Numbered from the stretch's first letter, positions 9,055 to 18,611 are shown. The stretch: DNA of 62,130 nucleotides from Patescibacteria group bacterium (GCA_041671325.1 JBAZBR010000006.1:1-62130); one strand, 5' to 3'. Notes: generated by a model not told the origin, from the sequence alone. Numbers and translations are program-made.

Positions 9055-10173
9055 TTAAGTTTTACTTACCTTTTCCTCCTCTTCCCTGGCTTTTTTTATA
9101 CCTTCAGCTTTCTTTAATATCCTGGCGGCATGTTCAATGCTTTCTGGCCCCAAGCGTCCGCCTTTTTCAAAATACACAGCCTTACGCCTGCCTTGATCAT
9201 CTCTAATCCAACGAAAGCTGGTATTAGCTTGCTTGGGTTCGATCGCTTCATTCCCAGCTTTTAAGGCTTCGGTTTTAGCTCCGCCCACTAACACGGCCTG
9301 CAGCTTTTCGGTTTTTAAAAGCATATCAACGTCATTGCCGCTATCGCCGGCAACCATGCCTTTCTTTACACCTGTCAATTTGCTGACATATTCCACTGCG
9401 CCAGCCTTGGTGATTGGCAAGATATCTAAACAATATTTTTTTCTAGTGGCTTCAGGCGGAAGTTGATTGTTAAAATTAATCTCTTCGGAAATCACCAACT
9501 GTTGCTCAGGAAACCGCTCATTGGCGGCTTTTGAAATTTTTTCTAATTCAGCTTCAGATTCGGCAAAAAAATGGAAGCTAATTTTAAATGGCTGAACGTC
9601 AATTGAAGTATCGTCTGGATTTTGCAAATATGCTATCTCGGCCAAGCGATGAGGCGATTCAATGGTGCCTTGGTAATCCAACTCGGCTTGCGGAAATTCA
9701 GTTTTGAAATCTTTAATCATTTTAGCGGCATTTTGAGCCAAAGCCGGCCGATCAAAATGTTTTTCTTTAATCAACATTTCTTGATAATTCAGGTCTTGGG
9801 CATATTCGCCGTTTTCCTGCAAAACCCAAATTTCCGTGCCCACGGCGCCAATTATCACCGGGAATTTTGGTAATTCCCCGCTTTCAATTCTTTTCATTAC
9901 CCCTTGAAAATGGTTACCGGTAACGGCAACCACCGGGTATTCGCCCTCTTTGGCTTTAGCAAAAAGAGCTTCAGATTCTTGCTGTCGATCTTTACGGTGG
10001 AAGGTATTATCGATGTCCGTAAAGAGCGCGCTAAATTCTTCGCCACGTTCTTCTTGGTTGGCTTTCATCTTCAATAATTCCGAATTTGAATAGACAGCCA
10101 GTAGTTTTTCAGAAAATTCAGTCTCTGGATTCAGCTCGCCTAATTTTTCTGAACTTTCTAATTCTTCGGACAT
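9055..10173 (-). CDS. HAD-IIB phosphatase, sucrose-phosphatase-like
   Basis: Motif I FTDIDNT, motif II VTGN, GAVGTEI, QPFKISF, LDILPITKAGAV and motif IV GDSGND. Confidence 0.8.
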   Translation of the reverse strand: MSEELESSEKLGELNPETEFSEKLLAVYSNSELLKMKANQEERGEEFSALFTDIDNTFHRKDRQQESEALFAKAKEGEYPVVAVTGNHFQGVMKRIESGELPKFPVIIGAVGTEIWVLQENGEYAQDLNYQEMLIKEKHFDRPALAQNAAKMIKDFKTEFPQAELDYQGTIESPHRLAEIAYLQNPDDTSIDVQPFKISFHFFAESEAELEKISKAANERFPEQQLVISEEINFNNQLPPEATRKKYCLDILPITKAGAVEYVSKLTGVKKGMVAGDSGNDVDMLLKTEKLQAVLVGGAKTEALKAGNEAIEPKQANTSFRWIRDDQGRRKAVYFEKGGRLGPESIEHAARILKKAEGIKKAREEEEKVSKT

Positions 10174-10281
10174 AAATTTGGGAAAGCATTGACAAACTTA
10201 ATACTTATTGCTATTATTTACAGCCTATCAAATAATAAACAAAATCAAAAGCAATACACTTTTTTAAAAGAGGAGTCTTTA

Positions 10282-10767
10282 ATGAGAAGGGCAATTTACT
10301 TGCTAGGCCGAGCGATCAAGTTGATCTTGAGAGTAATAGTAATCTCAACTTGCTTTATTGCTTTGTTCGTTGGCTTTTACACGGGGTGGGGACAATTTTC
10401 TCACGAAATTCCCCCACTAATACTGCTACTCCCTTGCTGGATAGTTTTCGCTCTGGTTACGGCTTGGTTCAGTTTGTCTGATGAATTCAATTGGGCCAGA
10501 AGGTCGGTTCCGACTTGGCTAAACCAGATCGTCTGCGATCTGGAATACCAAAATGGCATCGCCATACTTGGCCACTCCTGGTTCAAATGGTGCTGTGGAC
10601 GGCCGATGATAATCATGCTGGTTACGAATCAAAGCGGTCACGAGAATCAAATCCGAATTTGCCCGCGTTGTAAACAGGTCCATAGCCTTGTCTATACGCC
10701 TGGCTACGACGATGGTATTCGGCCATACCCCGGCGCTTGTCATTGGCAAATCTTAGCCAACCATTGA
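10282..10767 (+). CDS. Hypothetical two-TM protein with C-terminal Cys cluster
   Basis: Start moved from 10189 to ATG 10282 (SD GAGGAG; promoter TTGACA-17-TATTAT at 10189..10217); WCCGRPM...CPRC suggests a zinc ribbon. Confidence 0.55.
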   Translation: MRRAIYLLGRAIKLILRVIVISTCFIALFVGFYTGWGQFSHEIPPLILLLPCWIVFALVTAWFSLSDEFNWARRSVPTWLNQIVCDLEYQNGIAILGHSWFKWCCGRPMIIMLVTNQSGHENQIRICPRCKQVHSLVYTPGYDDGIRPYPGACHWQILANH

Positions 10768-10773
10768 TCTTAG

Positions 10774-10806
10774 AAAAGACCTAGCGACATCAAAGCTGGG
10801 TCTTTT
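10774..10806. terminator. Bidirectional intrinsic terminator
   Basis: AAAAGACCTAGC...GCTGGGTCTTTT between convergent genes. Confidence 0.7.
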
Positions 10807-10809
10807 TGC

Positions 10810-12099
10810 TTACAAAATAGTTTCGCTCAAATTTAAATTATTTTTAAAGATTCGATATGCGTACAAATACATGCCAGCTGACCAGGCTTGGCTGGGCATA
10901 CCCAAAGGACGGCCGGTTTTGCCATGGAACCATTCGTTGAATTCCCATTGGGATTCTTTGCCTTTCTTGCACATTTGCGCGAGTTTAATGAGCTCTTGCT
11001 GGGCTTCTTGGAGCTTTCCAATTTTAACCAAAGCCGCCACGTACAAGCCTCCCAGATATGGCCAGGCTCCGCCATTATGATATTGGTCAGGCAAATTTAA
11101 TTTATTCAAGACAAAATAATGCCGCCAATTGCTGTCCCCGGGTTTTTGCGGTGGCCAAGTGGCTTTAATCGGCCAGGGCTTATTAAGTTTATGTTTTTGG
11201 ATGAAATTAATGATTTCTTTATTCTGTTGAGCGCTGCTGATTCCAGTTAAAATCGCTAAAATATTCCCCAAACTATCAAACCACTCGCCAAAACCCAAAA
11301 AGGTTAAGTAAGGCAAGAAAAAAGAATTCCGCTTAAATAATCCCTTGTTTTGGATGAACTGATTGCGGCCATGTTTCAAGACTTGCCGGCGCCTTTCTGA
11401 GGTCTTCATGCCAAAACTGTCTTGGATAATGTTAAAAATATCCCGCTTGGGTGAATACCAAAACCGGTCTTGGATTTTTACGGACAAAACAATGGCTTTT
11501 TTATGCAAAATCTTAGCCTTGGCATGGCTGCCAAACTTTTCTTCCAGAAAAGCTGCCTCTTTCAAAGCCCAGTAATATAAAGTATTAATGGTCAAGCCTT
11601 TGCCGCGAACGCTAAAAATGTCTTCCCAGTCACCCGCCTCATCCATGGTAATGAAGCCGCTTTGGTCTGGACTTTGGTAAGCATAAAAATTCAAAACTTT
11701 TCTGATGGCCTTTAGGCGTTTCTGCAGGAATTTCTTGTCTTGGGTGGCTTTGTAATATTTTACGCAACCGATAACAAACCAAAGCCCGGCATCGGCATAA
11801 GCCCGAAAAGTAGCATCGTTGGTTTGGGTGTCAACATAATTAGGGATACAACCCAAATCTATTTGATGCTTCTCCAAGGTCAAAATGCTATTCTTTAAGG
11901 CCTTCTCGATTTTCGGATCCCGATAGGAAATCGCGCCCAACAAGGTGATCATGCTATCCCTGGCCCAAACCTTTTTATACAATTTGGAACTGGCTGAAGC
12001 TTGGATGCCTGAAGGATGCGAACATTCACGCAAAACCCGTAAGGCTTGTTCGCGAGCCTCGGCAAGCAGGTCGAGATCTTTTTGGTTTAAGCTAATCAT
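10810..12099 (-). CDS. (alpha/alpha)6 glycoside hydrolase, alkaline/neutral invertase (GH100)-like
   Basis: VWARDS, ADAGLWF, EAGDWED, FDSLGNILAILTG, QYHNGGAWP, FNEWFHGKTGRPLG and QAWSAG parallel the GH100/GDE motifs. Confidence 0.7.
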   Translation of the reverse strand: MISLNQKDLDLLAEAREQALRVLRECSHPSGIQASASSKLYKKVWARDSMITLLGAISYRDPKIEKALKNSILTLEKHQIDLGCIPNYVDTQTNDATFRAYADAGLWFVIGCVKYYKATQDKKFLQKRLKAIRKVLNFYAYQSPDQSGFITMDEAGDWEDIFSVRGKGLTINTLYYWALKEAAFLEEKFGSHAKAKILHKKAIVLSVKIQDRFWYSPKRDIFNIIQDSFGMKTSERRRQVLKHGRNQFIQNKGLFKRNSFFLPYLTFLGFGEWFDSLGNILAILTGISSAQQNKEIINFIQKHKLNKPWPIKATWPPQKPGDSNWRHYFVLNKLNLPDQYHNGGAWPYLGGLYVAALVKIGKLQEAQQELIKLAQMCKKGKESQWEFNEWFHGKTGRPLGMPSQAWSAGMYLYAYRIFKNNLNLSETIL

Positions 12100-12154
12100 T
12101 TCTTAATAAATCAATTATACTATAAGCACAAATTTACACTTAATCCTCCTTCCT

Positions 12155-13222
12155 ATGAAACGACTTCGAATTGCCCAGTTAGTCCCTTTTGAAGAAACCG
12201 TGCCCCCGACCAAATACGGCGGCACTGAACTGGTGGCCGCGAATTTATGCGATGGTTTGGTAAAAATGGGCCATGATGTCACTTTATACTCGGTTGGCGG
12301 CTCGCATACCAAGGCTAAATTGGTCAAAATCTTCCCCCAATCCCTGCGCGCAGCCACGGGCACTGACCTGAAAGCCCGGGAGTCTTTGAAATTCATGGGC
12401 GTGGGCAAAGTATTAAACTATGTCATGAAAGGCAAGTTTGATGTCATTCATAACCATATTGGCTGGCGCCTCCTGCCCTTTTTGGATATTATGCCTGCGC
12501 CAGTCGTGACAACCTTGCACGGGCCTTTGGATATTTCCTACCAGCAGTTTGTTTATGGCCACTACAAAACCGCACCGTACGTTTCAATTTCGAACAACCA
12601 ACGCAAACCGATGAAACTAAACTTCACGGCAACGGTGTACAACGGCATTCGGGTGGACAAGTTTACTTATAAAGATAAAAAACAGGATTATCTGGCTTTT
12701 CTTGGTCGCATGAGCCCGGAAAAAGGGCCGGTACAAGCTATTCAGGTTGCCAAAAAAACCAAGAAGAAGTTGATCATGGCCGCCAAAGTGGATGCAGTGG
12801 ATGTGAAATTCTTCAACGAGAAAGTGAAACCCCTAATTGATGGCAAGCAAATCATCTTCCTGGGCGAAGTGGCGCATGAAGGCAAAAATAAATTATTAAG
12901 CAATGCCGCCGGGCTTTTGGCGCTTATCCAGTGGGAAGAGCCCTTTGGCTTGTTTATGGCTGAAGCCAATGCTTGTGGCACCCCCGTCATTGCCATGGCC
13001 CGGGGCGCGGCGCCAGAAGTGATTGCTGACAAAAAAACTGGCTACCTAGTTCACTCAACAGAGGAGGCGGCTCGCATGGTCAGCAAATTGGGCATGATAA
13101 AACCCAAAGACTGTCGTGCCCGAGCCCAAGCCCGTTTCTCGGTAGAAGCCATGGTTAATGGCTACCTAAAGGTCTACCAAAAACTTATAAAAGAATTCAA
13201 ACCTCATAAAAACACATGGTAA
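12155..13222 (+). CDS. GT4 glycosyltransferase, paralog 1
   Basis: LRIAQLVPFEETVPPTKYGGTE, FLGRMSPEKG, WEEPFGLFMAEANACGTPVI. Confidence 0.9.
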   Translation: MKRLRIAQLVPFEETVPPTKYGGTELVAANLCDGLVKMGHDVTLYSVGGSHTKAKLVKIFPQSLRAATGTDLKARESLKFMGVGKVLNYVMKGKFDVIHNHIGWRLLPFLDIMPAPVVTTLHGPLDISYQQFVYGHYKTAPYVSISNNQRKPMKLNFTATVYNGIRVDKFTYKDKKQDYLAFLGRMSPEKGPVQAIQVAKKTKKKLIMAAKVDAVDVKFFNEKVKPLIDGKQIIFLGEVAHEGKNKLLSNAAGLLALIQWEEPFGLFMAEANACGTPVIAMARGAAPEVIADKKTGYLVHSTEEAARMVSKLGMIKPKDCRARAQARFSVEAMVNGYLKVYQKLIKEFKPHKNTW

Positions 13223-13279
13223 TATATGCAAATTTATTCGTAGTTCGTATATTCGTATTTTTTTCGTAATTCGTAACCT

Positions 13280-14260
13280 ATGAACCGCAAGACCTTGTTA
13301 ATCCACGTCAGAAATATCCTAAAAAAACGGGGACTGACGCCCGATGAAGACGTCAAAGACATCCTCAAGCACCACATGCGCTTTTTCCGCACTCGCTGTG
13401 TGGACCAAGAGGGCAATAAGTTTACTTTCAAAATTTATTTGCTTAAACTCGCCCGCACGCGCCGGGACTTCCAAAACGAAATTGCTTTTTACCGCTACGC
13501 GGCCAAGGCTCACTTAGACCAATTCCCGCGCTGGGTGGCGGGCAACCGCAATTCTCAAAATCCCTGGATTATTTACCACTTCATCCCTGGCGAGCTATTC
13601 ACTAATTATTTACGCAAGCACCAGCATAGCCTTTCGAAAAACCTTATCCAAAAGTTAACCCACGCCCTCTTAGCGTATGGCAATTTAAAATTACCTCATA
13701 ATGTAAAAAAACAGCTCCACTTGAAACCCGCAGCCAATAATTATTCGGATCGCTTTCGGGGCTATTTGCAGGGTAACCAAAAAAATACCTTGCTCAAATA
13801 TTTAAGCAATGCCGAACTGGAAGCAGCAGCCAGGATTATTGCTTTTCACCAACTAGGCATGAAGTTGAAATCCCAAACCGCCGTAAGTCATGGGGATTTG
13901 AGCACTAACAACCTATTGATCCACCAACAGGACTTTGCGGTCTTGGATTGGGAACACGTCCAGTTTGCCTCACCAGCTTATGATGCGGCCGAAATCTGGG
14001 TGAAGGAATTTTCCAAGGCACCCTGGCGCAACCACCTGGCTTTAAGGCTGACCAAAAGCCAAGCTAATTCCGAAGCTTTTAGCTGGCTATTCTGCATTGA
14101 AGTTTTATTATTCTGCTTGCGCGACCTATTGCTGCATGACCGGATCTTGCACGAACTTCATTCCCCAAAACGAAAAAGGATAGTCAGAAAATTGCTGAAT
14201 TATTACGTTAAAACTTTTCGCGCTAGCCTGCGTGGCTTTTCTCCGCTTTTAAAAAGTTAG
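13280..14260 (+). CDS. APH/choline-kinase-fold phosphotransferase
   Basis: FKIY...NEI; Brenner motif HGDLSTNN followed by LDWE. Confidence 0.75.
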   Translation: MNRKTLLIHVRNILKKRGLTPDEDVKDILKHHMRFFRTRCVDQEGNKFTFKIYLLKLARTRRDFQNEIAFYRYAAKAHLDQFPRWVAGNRNSQNPWIIYHFIPGELFTNYLRKHQHSLSKNLIQKLTHALLAYGNLKLPHNVKKQLHLKPAANNYSDRFRGYLQGNQKNTLLKYLSNAELEAAARIIAFHQLGMKLKSQTAVSHGDLSTNNLLIHQQDFAVLDWEHVQFASPAYDAAEIWVKEFSKAPWRNHLALRLTKSQANSEAFSWLFCIEVLLFCLRDLLLHDRILHELHSPKRKRIVRKLLNYYVKTFRASLRGFSPLLKS

Positions 14261-14264
14261 TTTT

Positions 14265-15320
14265 ATGAAAAAATTAAGAATCGCCCAAGTCGCGCCTTTG
14301 GCCGAGCGCGTCCCGCCCAAAAAATACGGTGGCACTGAACTGGTCATATACAACCTGATTGAAGGCTTGGTTAAAGAAGGCCACCAGGTTACGCTTTTCG
14401 CTAGGTCGGATTCCAAGACCTCAGCTAAACTCTCGCCGCTTTATCATCCCGACCCTAAAGCCCAAAAACGCTACCAGACTAGAGGCTATATAATTCCTAA
14501 TTACTGGCAAACTTTGGAGTTTGGCCGAGTTTTTGAACACGCCAATCATTTTGATGTCATCCATTTGCATTTGGGCTCGGCTTTTTTCCCCTATACTCGG
14601 CTGATCAAAACGCCTTGCGTTCTGACTTTACACGGCCGGCTGAACACTAAAGAAGCGGCAGTCATCCATAATGCTTATTCGGAAATCCCTTTGGTTTCCA
14701 TTTCCAATAACCAACGCAAACCTTTGACGAATTTAAATTTCATTCGCACGGTTTATAACGGCATTGATTTAAGTAAATTCAAATATGGCACGGGCCACGG
14801 CGGCTATTTGGCTTTTTTGGGGCGCATGAGCCCGGAAAAAGGCCCAGTCCAAGCCATTCAAACAGCCAAGCGGCTTGGCCAAAAACTGATCATGGCCGCC
14901 AAAGTGGATACGGTTGATGAGGAATATTTTACTAAAAAAGTTAAACCTCTGATTGACGGTAAACAAATCATCTTTTTGGGCGAAGTTAATCATCCAAAAA
15001 AGGTTGAATTACTAAAAAATGCTGCTGCACTGCTGGCCCTGATCCAGTGGGAAGAGCCCTTTGGCTTGTTTATGACCGAAGCCATGGCCTGCGGTACGCC
15101 AGTAATTGCCACACGCCGAGGCTCGGTGCCGGAAATCGTTGAACAAGGTAAAACCGGTTTTATGGTGGATAATGTTGCCCAGGCCGTACGAGCAATTAAA
15201 CATTTACCGAAAATTCACCGGCCAGATTGCCGAAAAAGGGTGGAACAATATTTTTCCAAAGATACTATGGTCGCTGGTTATGAGGAAGTGTACTATAAGC
15301 TTATACGCCAGAAAAAATGA
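14265..15320 (+). CDS. GT4 glycosyltransferase, paralog 2
   Basis: LRIAQVAPLAERVPPKKYGGTE, FLGRMSPEKG, WEEPFGLFMTEAMACGTPVI. Confidence 0.9.
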   Translation: MKKLRIAQVAPLAERVPPKKYGGTELVIYNLIEGLVKEGHQVTLFARSDSKTSAKLSPLYHPDPKAQKRYQTRGYIIPNYWQTLEFGRVFEHANHFDVIHLHLGSAFFPYTRLIKTPCVLTLHGRLNTKEAAVIHNAYSEIPLVSISNNQRKPLTNLNFIRTVYNGIDLSKFKYGTGHGGYLAFLGRMSPEKGPVQAIQTAKRLGQKLIMAAKVDTVDEEYFTKKVKPLIDGKQIIFLGEVNHPKKVELLKNAAALLALIQWEEPFGLFMTEAMACGTPVIATRRGSVPEIVEQGKTGFMVDNVAQAVRAIKHLPKIHRPDCRKRVEQYFSKDTMVAGYEEVYYKLIRQKK

Positions 15321-16390
15321 AACCTAAAATCGCCATCTTAGCTTCAAACCTATATCCTATCCCACCCAAAGCCACCAACGCGGCCGAACTGATTGTTTCC
15401 CAAATAACCGAGGGTTTGGTGGCTTTAGGCTACCCAGTGACTCTGTACGCGGCTGGTGATACAAAAACTAAAGCCAGGCTGGTTTCGGTAACGAAAAAAG
15501 CTTCAATTTCGGATCCAAAGATTGGTATGACTAACCACAAAACCTATGAAACCCTTCTGACTTCCCAGGCTTATGCTGACGCTAACCAATGGGGCGCTAA
15601 AATTCTCTTAAGTAATATAGCCATGGTCAGCGCACCATTCGCCAGGTTTGGTAAATTCCCAAGTGTGGCCCTGCTCCACAGCCCACCGACTTTTACGGAT
15701 TCGCAAATCATGCTGGATAATAATAAATTCCAAAAATACATTTCCATTTCCAATGCCCAAAGAAAAGCAGTCAAACATGCCCATTATGTCGGTACGATTT
15801 ATCATGGCGTTGATACCAATAAATTAAAATTTCACCCCCAGGCTGGCAAGTACCTGGCTTTCCTGGGCCGGATCCGTGATTACAAAGGCGTGGTTGAGGC
15901 TATCCAAGTTTCAAAAGCCACTAAAATGCCTTTGAAAATTGCTGGCCCAATTGGCGACCAAAAATATTTCGACAAATTCGTCAAACCCAACCTGAGCAAA
16001 AACATTAAATTTGTTGGCGAAATAAATCATGCTCAAAAAAGCGAATTTTTAGGTAACGCCCTAGCCACGCTTTTCCCAATTGGCTGGGAAGAACCGTTTG
16101 GCTTGGTCGTCCCGGAATCATTGGCCTGCGGTACGCCAGTCGTGGCCTTCAAGCGCGGTTCGGTACCGGAAATTTTAAAAAACCAGAAGACGGGTTATAT
16201 TGTGACCAATGTCAAACAAATGATTAGCGCGGTTAAAAATATTAATAAAATCTCCCGTGTGGTTTGCCGTAAAGAAGCAGAAAAAAGATTTTCCGTAAAC
16301 AGGATGGTTTTGGATTATGCCAAACTTTTAACTCGCCTGACCCGCCCGGCATCGCCTTCGGCTTCAGCCGTTGGCGGACGGGGTAAATAA
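15317..16390 (+). CDS. GT4 glycosyltransferase, paralog 3
   Basis: FLGRIRDYKG and WEEPFGLVVPESLACGTPVV; the YGG loop is replaced by TNA; the C-terminal tail is read through a palindrome. Confidence 0.85.
   Translation: MKPKIAILASNLYPIPPKATNAAELIVSQITEGLVALGYPVTLYAAGDTKTKARLVSVTKKASISDPKIGMTNHKTYETLLTSQAYADANQWGAKILLSNIAMVSAPFARFGKFPSVALLHSPPTFTDSQIMLDNNKFQKYISISNAQRKAVKHAHYVGTIYHGVDTNKLKFHPQAGKYLAFLGRIRDYKGVVEAIQVSKATKMPLKIAGPIGDQKYFDKFVKPNLSKNIKFVGEINHAQKSEFLGNALATLFPIGWEEPFGLVVPESLACGTPVVAFKRGSVPEILKNQKTGYIVTNVKQMISAVKNINKISRVVCRKEAEKRFSVNRMVLDYAKLLTRLTRPASPSASAVGGRGK
16341..16378. repeat. GC-rich palindromic element read as the C-terminal tail of GT4 paralog 3
   Basis: CCGCC-CGGC...GCCG-TT-GGCGG nested stem, translated as RPASPSASAVGGR. 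Confidence 0.45.
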
Positions 16391-16393
16391 CTT

Positions 16394-17308
16394 ATGAAAA
16401 AACCTGAACTTAGAATTGACTATATTCATGACCGTGCCGTGATTATCGCCCCGCGGCGCACCAACCGACCGCATGACGTGCCAGAAACTACAATCCCCGT
16501 CCACCCCCTGGAATGCCCTTTTTGTCCGGATAAAATCAAAGGCCTGAAACCAATTTTCCAATCCGGCAACAAAGAAAATAAAATTCAAATTATTAAGAAT
16601 GGTTTTCCAGCCGTGAGTCTGGATAACCCCAAAGCCTATGGCTACCAGGAGGTTATCATTGAAACTCCCAGCCACAACATTGAATTGGGCGAAATGCCAG
16701 TCAAGCATTTGGACAAACTCTTGAATGTTTATCAGCACCGGACGATTTCGGTCGGTAAAATCAAAAACATAGCATATATTTTAATTTTCAAGAATCACGG
16801 GGGTAAAGCTGGCGCTTCTTTAATCCACGCTCACTCCCAAATTTTTGCCACTGGCTTCGTACCCCCGCACATTGTTTTAAAATTAAAAAACGTCCGGGCT
16901 TACAAGATTGAGCACGGCACTTGCTATTATTGCGATACGCTTAAAAAAGAAAGGCTGGGGCCGCGAAAAATCCTGACCAATAAATACGTTACGGCTTTCG
17001 CGCCCTATGCCTCCAATTACCCTTATGAAGCCTGGATCTTGCCCAATCGACACTTGGATAACTTGACCAGGCTGACCAATCCAGAACGCTTGGCTTTTGC
17101 CAGGGCTTTGCAACATATTTTAAGAAAATTAAATTCTATCCGCGTATCATATAACTATTACCTGCACCAGACCCTGACGGAAAAAGACGAACATTTTTAT
17201 TTACGCATCGCGCCCCGTGAACAAACCTGGGGGGGAGTGGAAGTTGGCTCAAGGTTGATTATCAATTCCATGGCACCGGAAGACGCGGCCAAGTTTTACC
17301 GGAGTTAG
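16394..17308 (+). CDS. GalT-like HIT-superfamily nucleotidyltransferase (galactose-1-phosphate uridylyltransferase/ADP-glucose phosphorylase type)
   Basis: RTNRP, CPFCP, YQEVIIETPSH, IFKNHGGKAGASLIHAHSQ (HxHxQ) and PYEAWILP motifs. Confidence 0.85.
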   Translation: MKKPELRIDYIHDRAVIIAPRRTNRPHDVPETTIPVHPLECPFCPDKIKGLKPIFQSGNKENKIQIIKNGFPAVSLDNPKAYGYQEVIIETPSHNIELGEMPVKHLDKLLNVYQHRTISVGKIKNIAYILIFKNHGGKAGASLIHAHSQIFATGFVPPHIVLKLKNVRAYKIEHGTCYYCDTLKKERLGPRKILTNKYVTAFAPYASNYPYEAWILPNRHLDNLTRLTNPERLAFARALQHILRKLNSIRVSYNYYLHQTLTEKDEHFYLRIAPREQTWGGVEVGSRLIINSMAPEDAAKFYRS

Positions 17309-17336
17309 TAGCCTTATCAATACACCAGACAACCTA

Positions 17337-17411
17337 GCCCAGGTCTCCGCGCCTGGGCTTGTTCGAAATATCTACGTTTGGCCCATGTCGCCCGGGCACG
17401 GAGACCCGAGC
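17337..17411. repeat. Inverted repeat doublet, 22-bp arms, 31-nt spacer
   Basis: GCCCAGGTCTCCGCGCCTGGGC and GCCCGGGCACGGAGACCCGAGC are 18/22 reverse-complementary. Confidence 0.6.
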
Positions 17412-17435
17412 TCGATTAATATGCATTAAAAAAAC

Positions 17436-17463
17436 GAGGTGATATGCGAGTGCATACCACCTC
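17436..17463 (-). terminator. Intrinsic terminator of 17497..18396
   Basis: GAGGTG-A-TATGC/GCATA-C-CACCTC stem with an A-run on the plus strand (U-tract on minus). Confidence 0.6.
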
Positions 17464-17496
17464 TAGCGATTCAAGTACAAAATACGATTTTATTTT

Positions 17497-18396
17497 TTAC
17501 CGACAGATGAACAACCCAGCAGAGAGCTGCGAAGAAGCATCAAAGCCCCTCCCGGTGAACTCGTGCTTTGCGACGTTGCAGACAGCAAATCTGATTGAGG
17601 TATCGTCAAACTTCCATTGAATTGCAGACATGTCGTTGCCTGGAGTATAAACGTCTCTCGCTAGCACATCGGGGTAGGCGGTAATAGCGGTTGCAACGTC
17701 ATAACCCCCAGCCAAATGTACAATCTCTGGCAGAGAATTCGCAAATTCTCGGGCGGCGTCAACCGAAAAACCCTGCAAAGAAATTGGCAAGAATATGCCG
17801 GGAACCGGACCCAGTTGCATCTTGGCAACAAGCCGCTCATGGCTTGGGTGCCTAATAACTACTTCGTCGACAAGATCCCCCTTGAGATGGTTTTCAAAAC
17901 TCCGTTGGGGAAATTCTTTACGGAGCGATCTTTCAGCTGTGGACAGAAAAACCATTTCCATAAGAACCCCGTAGTCATCGTTTCCGACCTTGGGTAGAAC
18001 AAGGGGCAGCCAGACGCCCTGAAAAACATTCTTGAACCTCAGGTCGGCCTCGATAAGCCTATAAAGCAAGGCTACTTCCCGTCGAAATTCCTCTACGGAA
18101 CAAAATGTTGTTCCTGAAGGAAATGCCTGAATGAGCCGATCCAAACGATCGCCATAAATGATTAGGGGCTGTTGAAGGTAACAAGCCCGATCAGCATCGC
18201 AGATTGGCGACTTAATGTTGCGCGGAATACACCTGCCGTTGCGGTCAAAAATGGCTCGGGTTTTGTCATTAATAGTGATCTCTTTTTCGTCGTTTAACAC
18301 GGCTCTAACAATATCGCTGCCGCCTGCTTTCTTTATGAAAGCGGCGATTTGGCCGCCAGTAAACTGGGCGGCATCCTCAAGCGGGTTGCTTAACAT
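17497..18396 (-). CDS. Hypothetical protein
   Basis: 299 aa; SD AAGGAG; own promoter TTGACA (18587..18582)-17-TAAATT; no recognised domain. Confidence 0.65.
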   Translation of the reverse strand: MLSNPLEDAAQFTGGQIAAFIKKAGGSDIVRAVLNDEKEITINDKTRAIFDRNGRCIPRNIKSPICDADRACYLQQPLIIYGDRLDRLIQAFPSGTTFCSVEEFRREVALLYRLIEADLRFKNVFQGVWLPLVLPKVGNDDYGVLMEMVFLSTAERSLRKEFPQRSFENHLKGDLVDEVVIRHPSHERLVAKMQLGPVPGIFLPISLQGFSVDAAREFANSLPEIVHLAGGYDVATAITAYPDVLARDVYTPGNDMSAIQWKFDDTSIRFAVCNVAKHEFTGRGFDASSQLSAGLFICR

Positions 18397-18611
18397 GGAC
18401 TTCTCCTTTCAGCCTAAATTTGGCCGATTGGCATTGTTACCACTATTCCCGTGGTCGAGGAGCTTTTCTCGTTGACTGTCGTACTTTGAGAAGAGCTTAC
18501 AAAACACTATTAATAGCGCCTTAAAAGCTCTTCTCAAAAAATTATCAAAGAACAAGGAAATTTAACAAAATTTGTTAAAAATGTCAAGGCTTTATATGAT
18601 GATAACAGCGT

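Noticed and set aside
16394-17308. Calling this gene galT with a Leloir pathway
   Set aside because: No galK or galE nearby; the HxHxQ family includes ADP-glucose phosphorylase-type enzymes, so the symbol is withheld.
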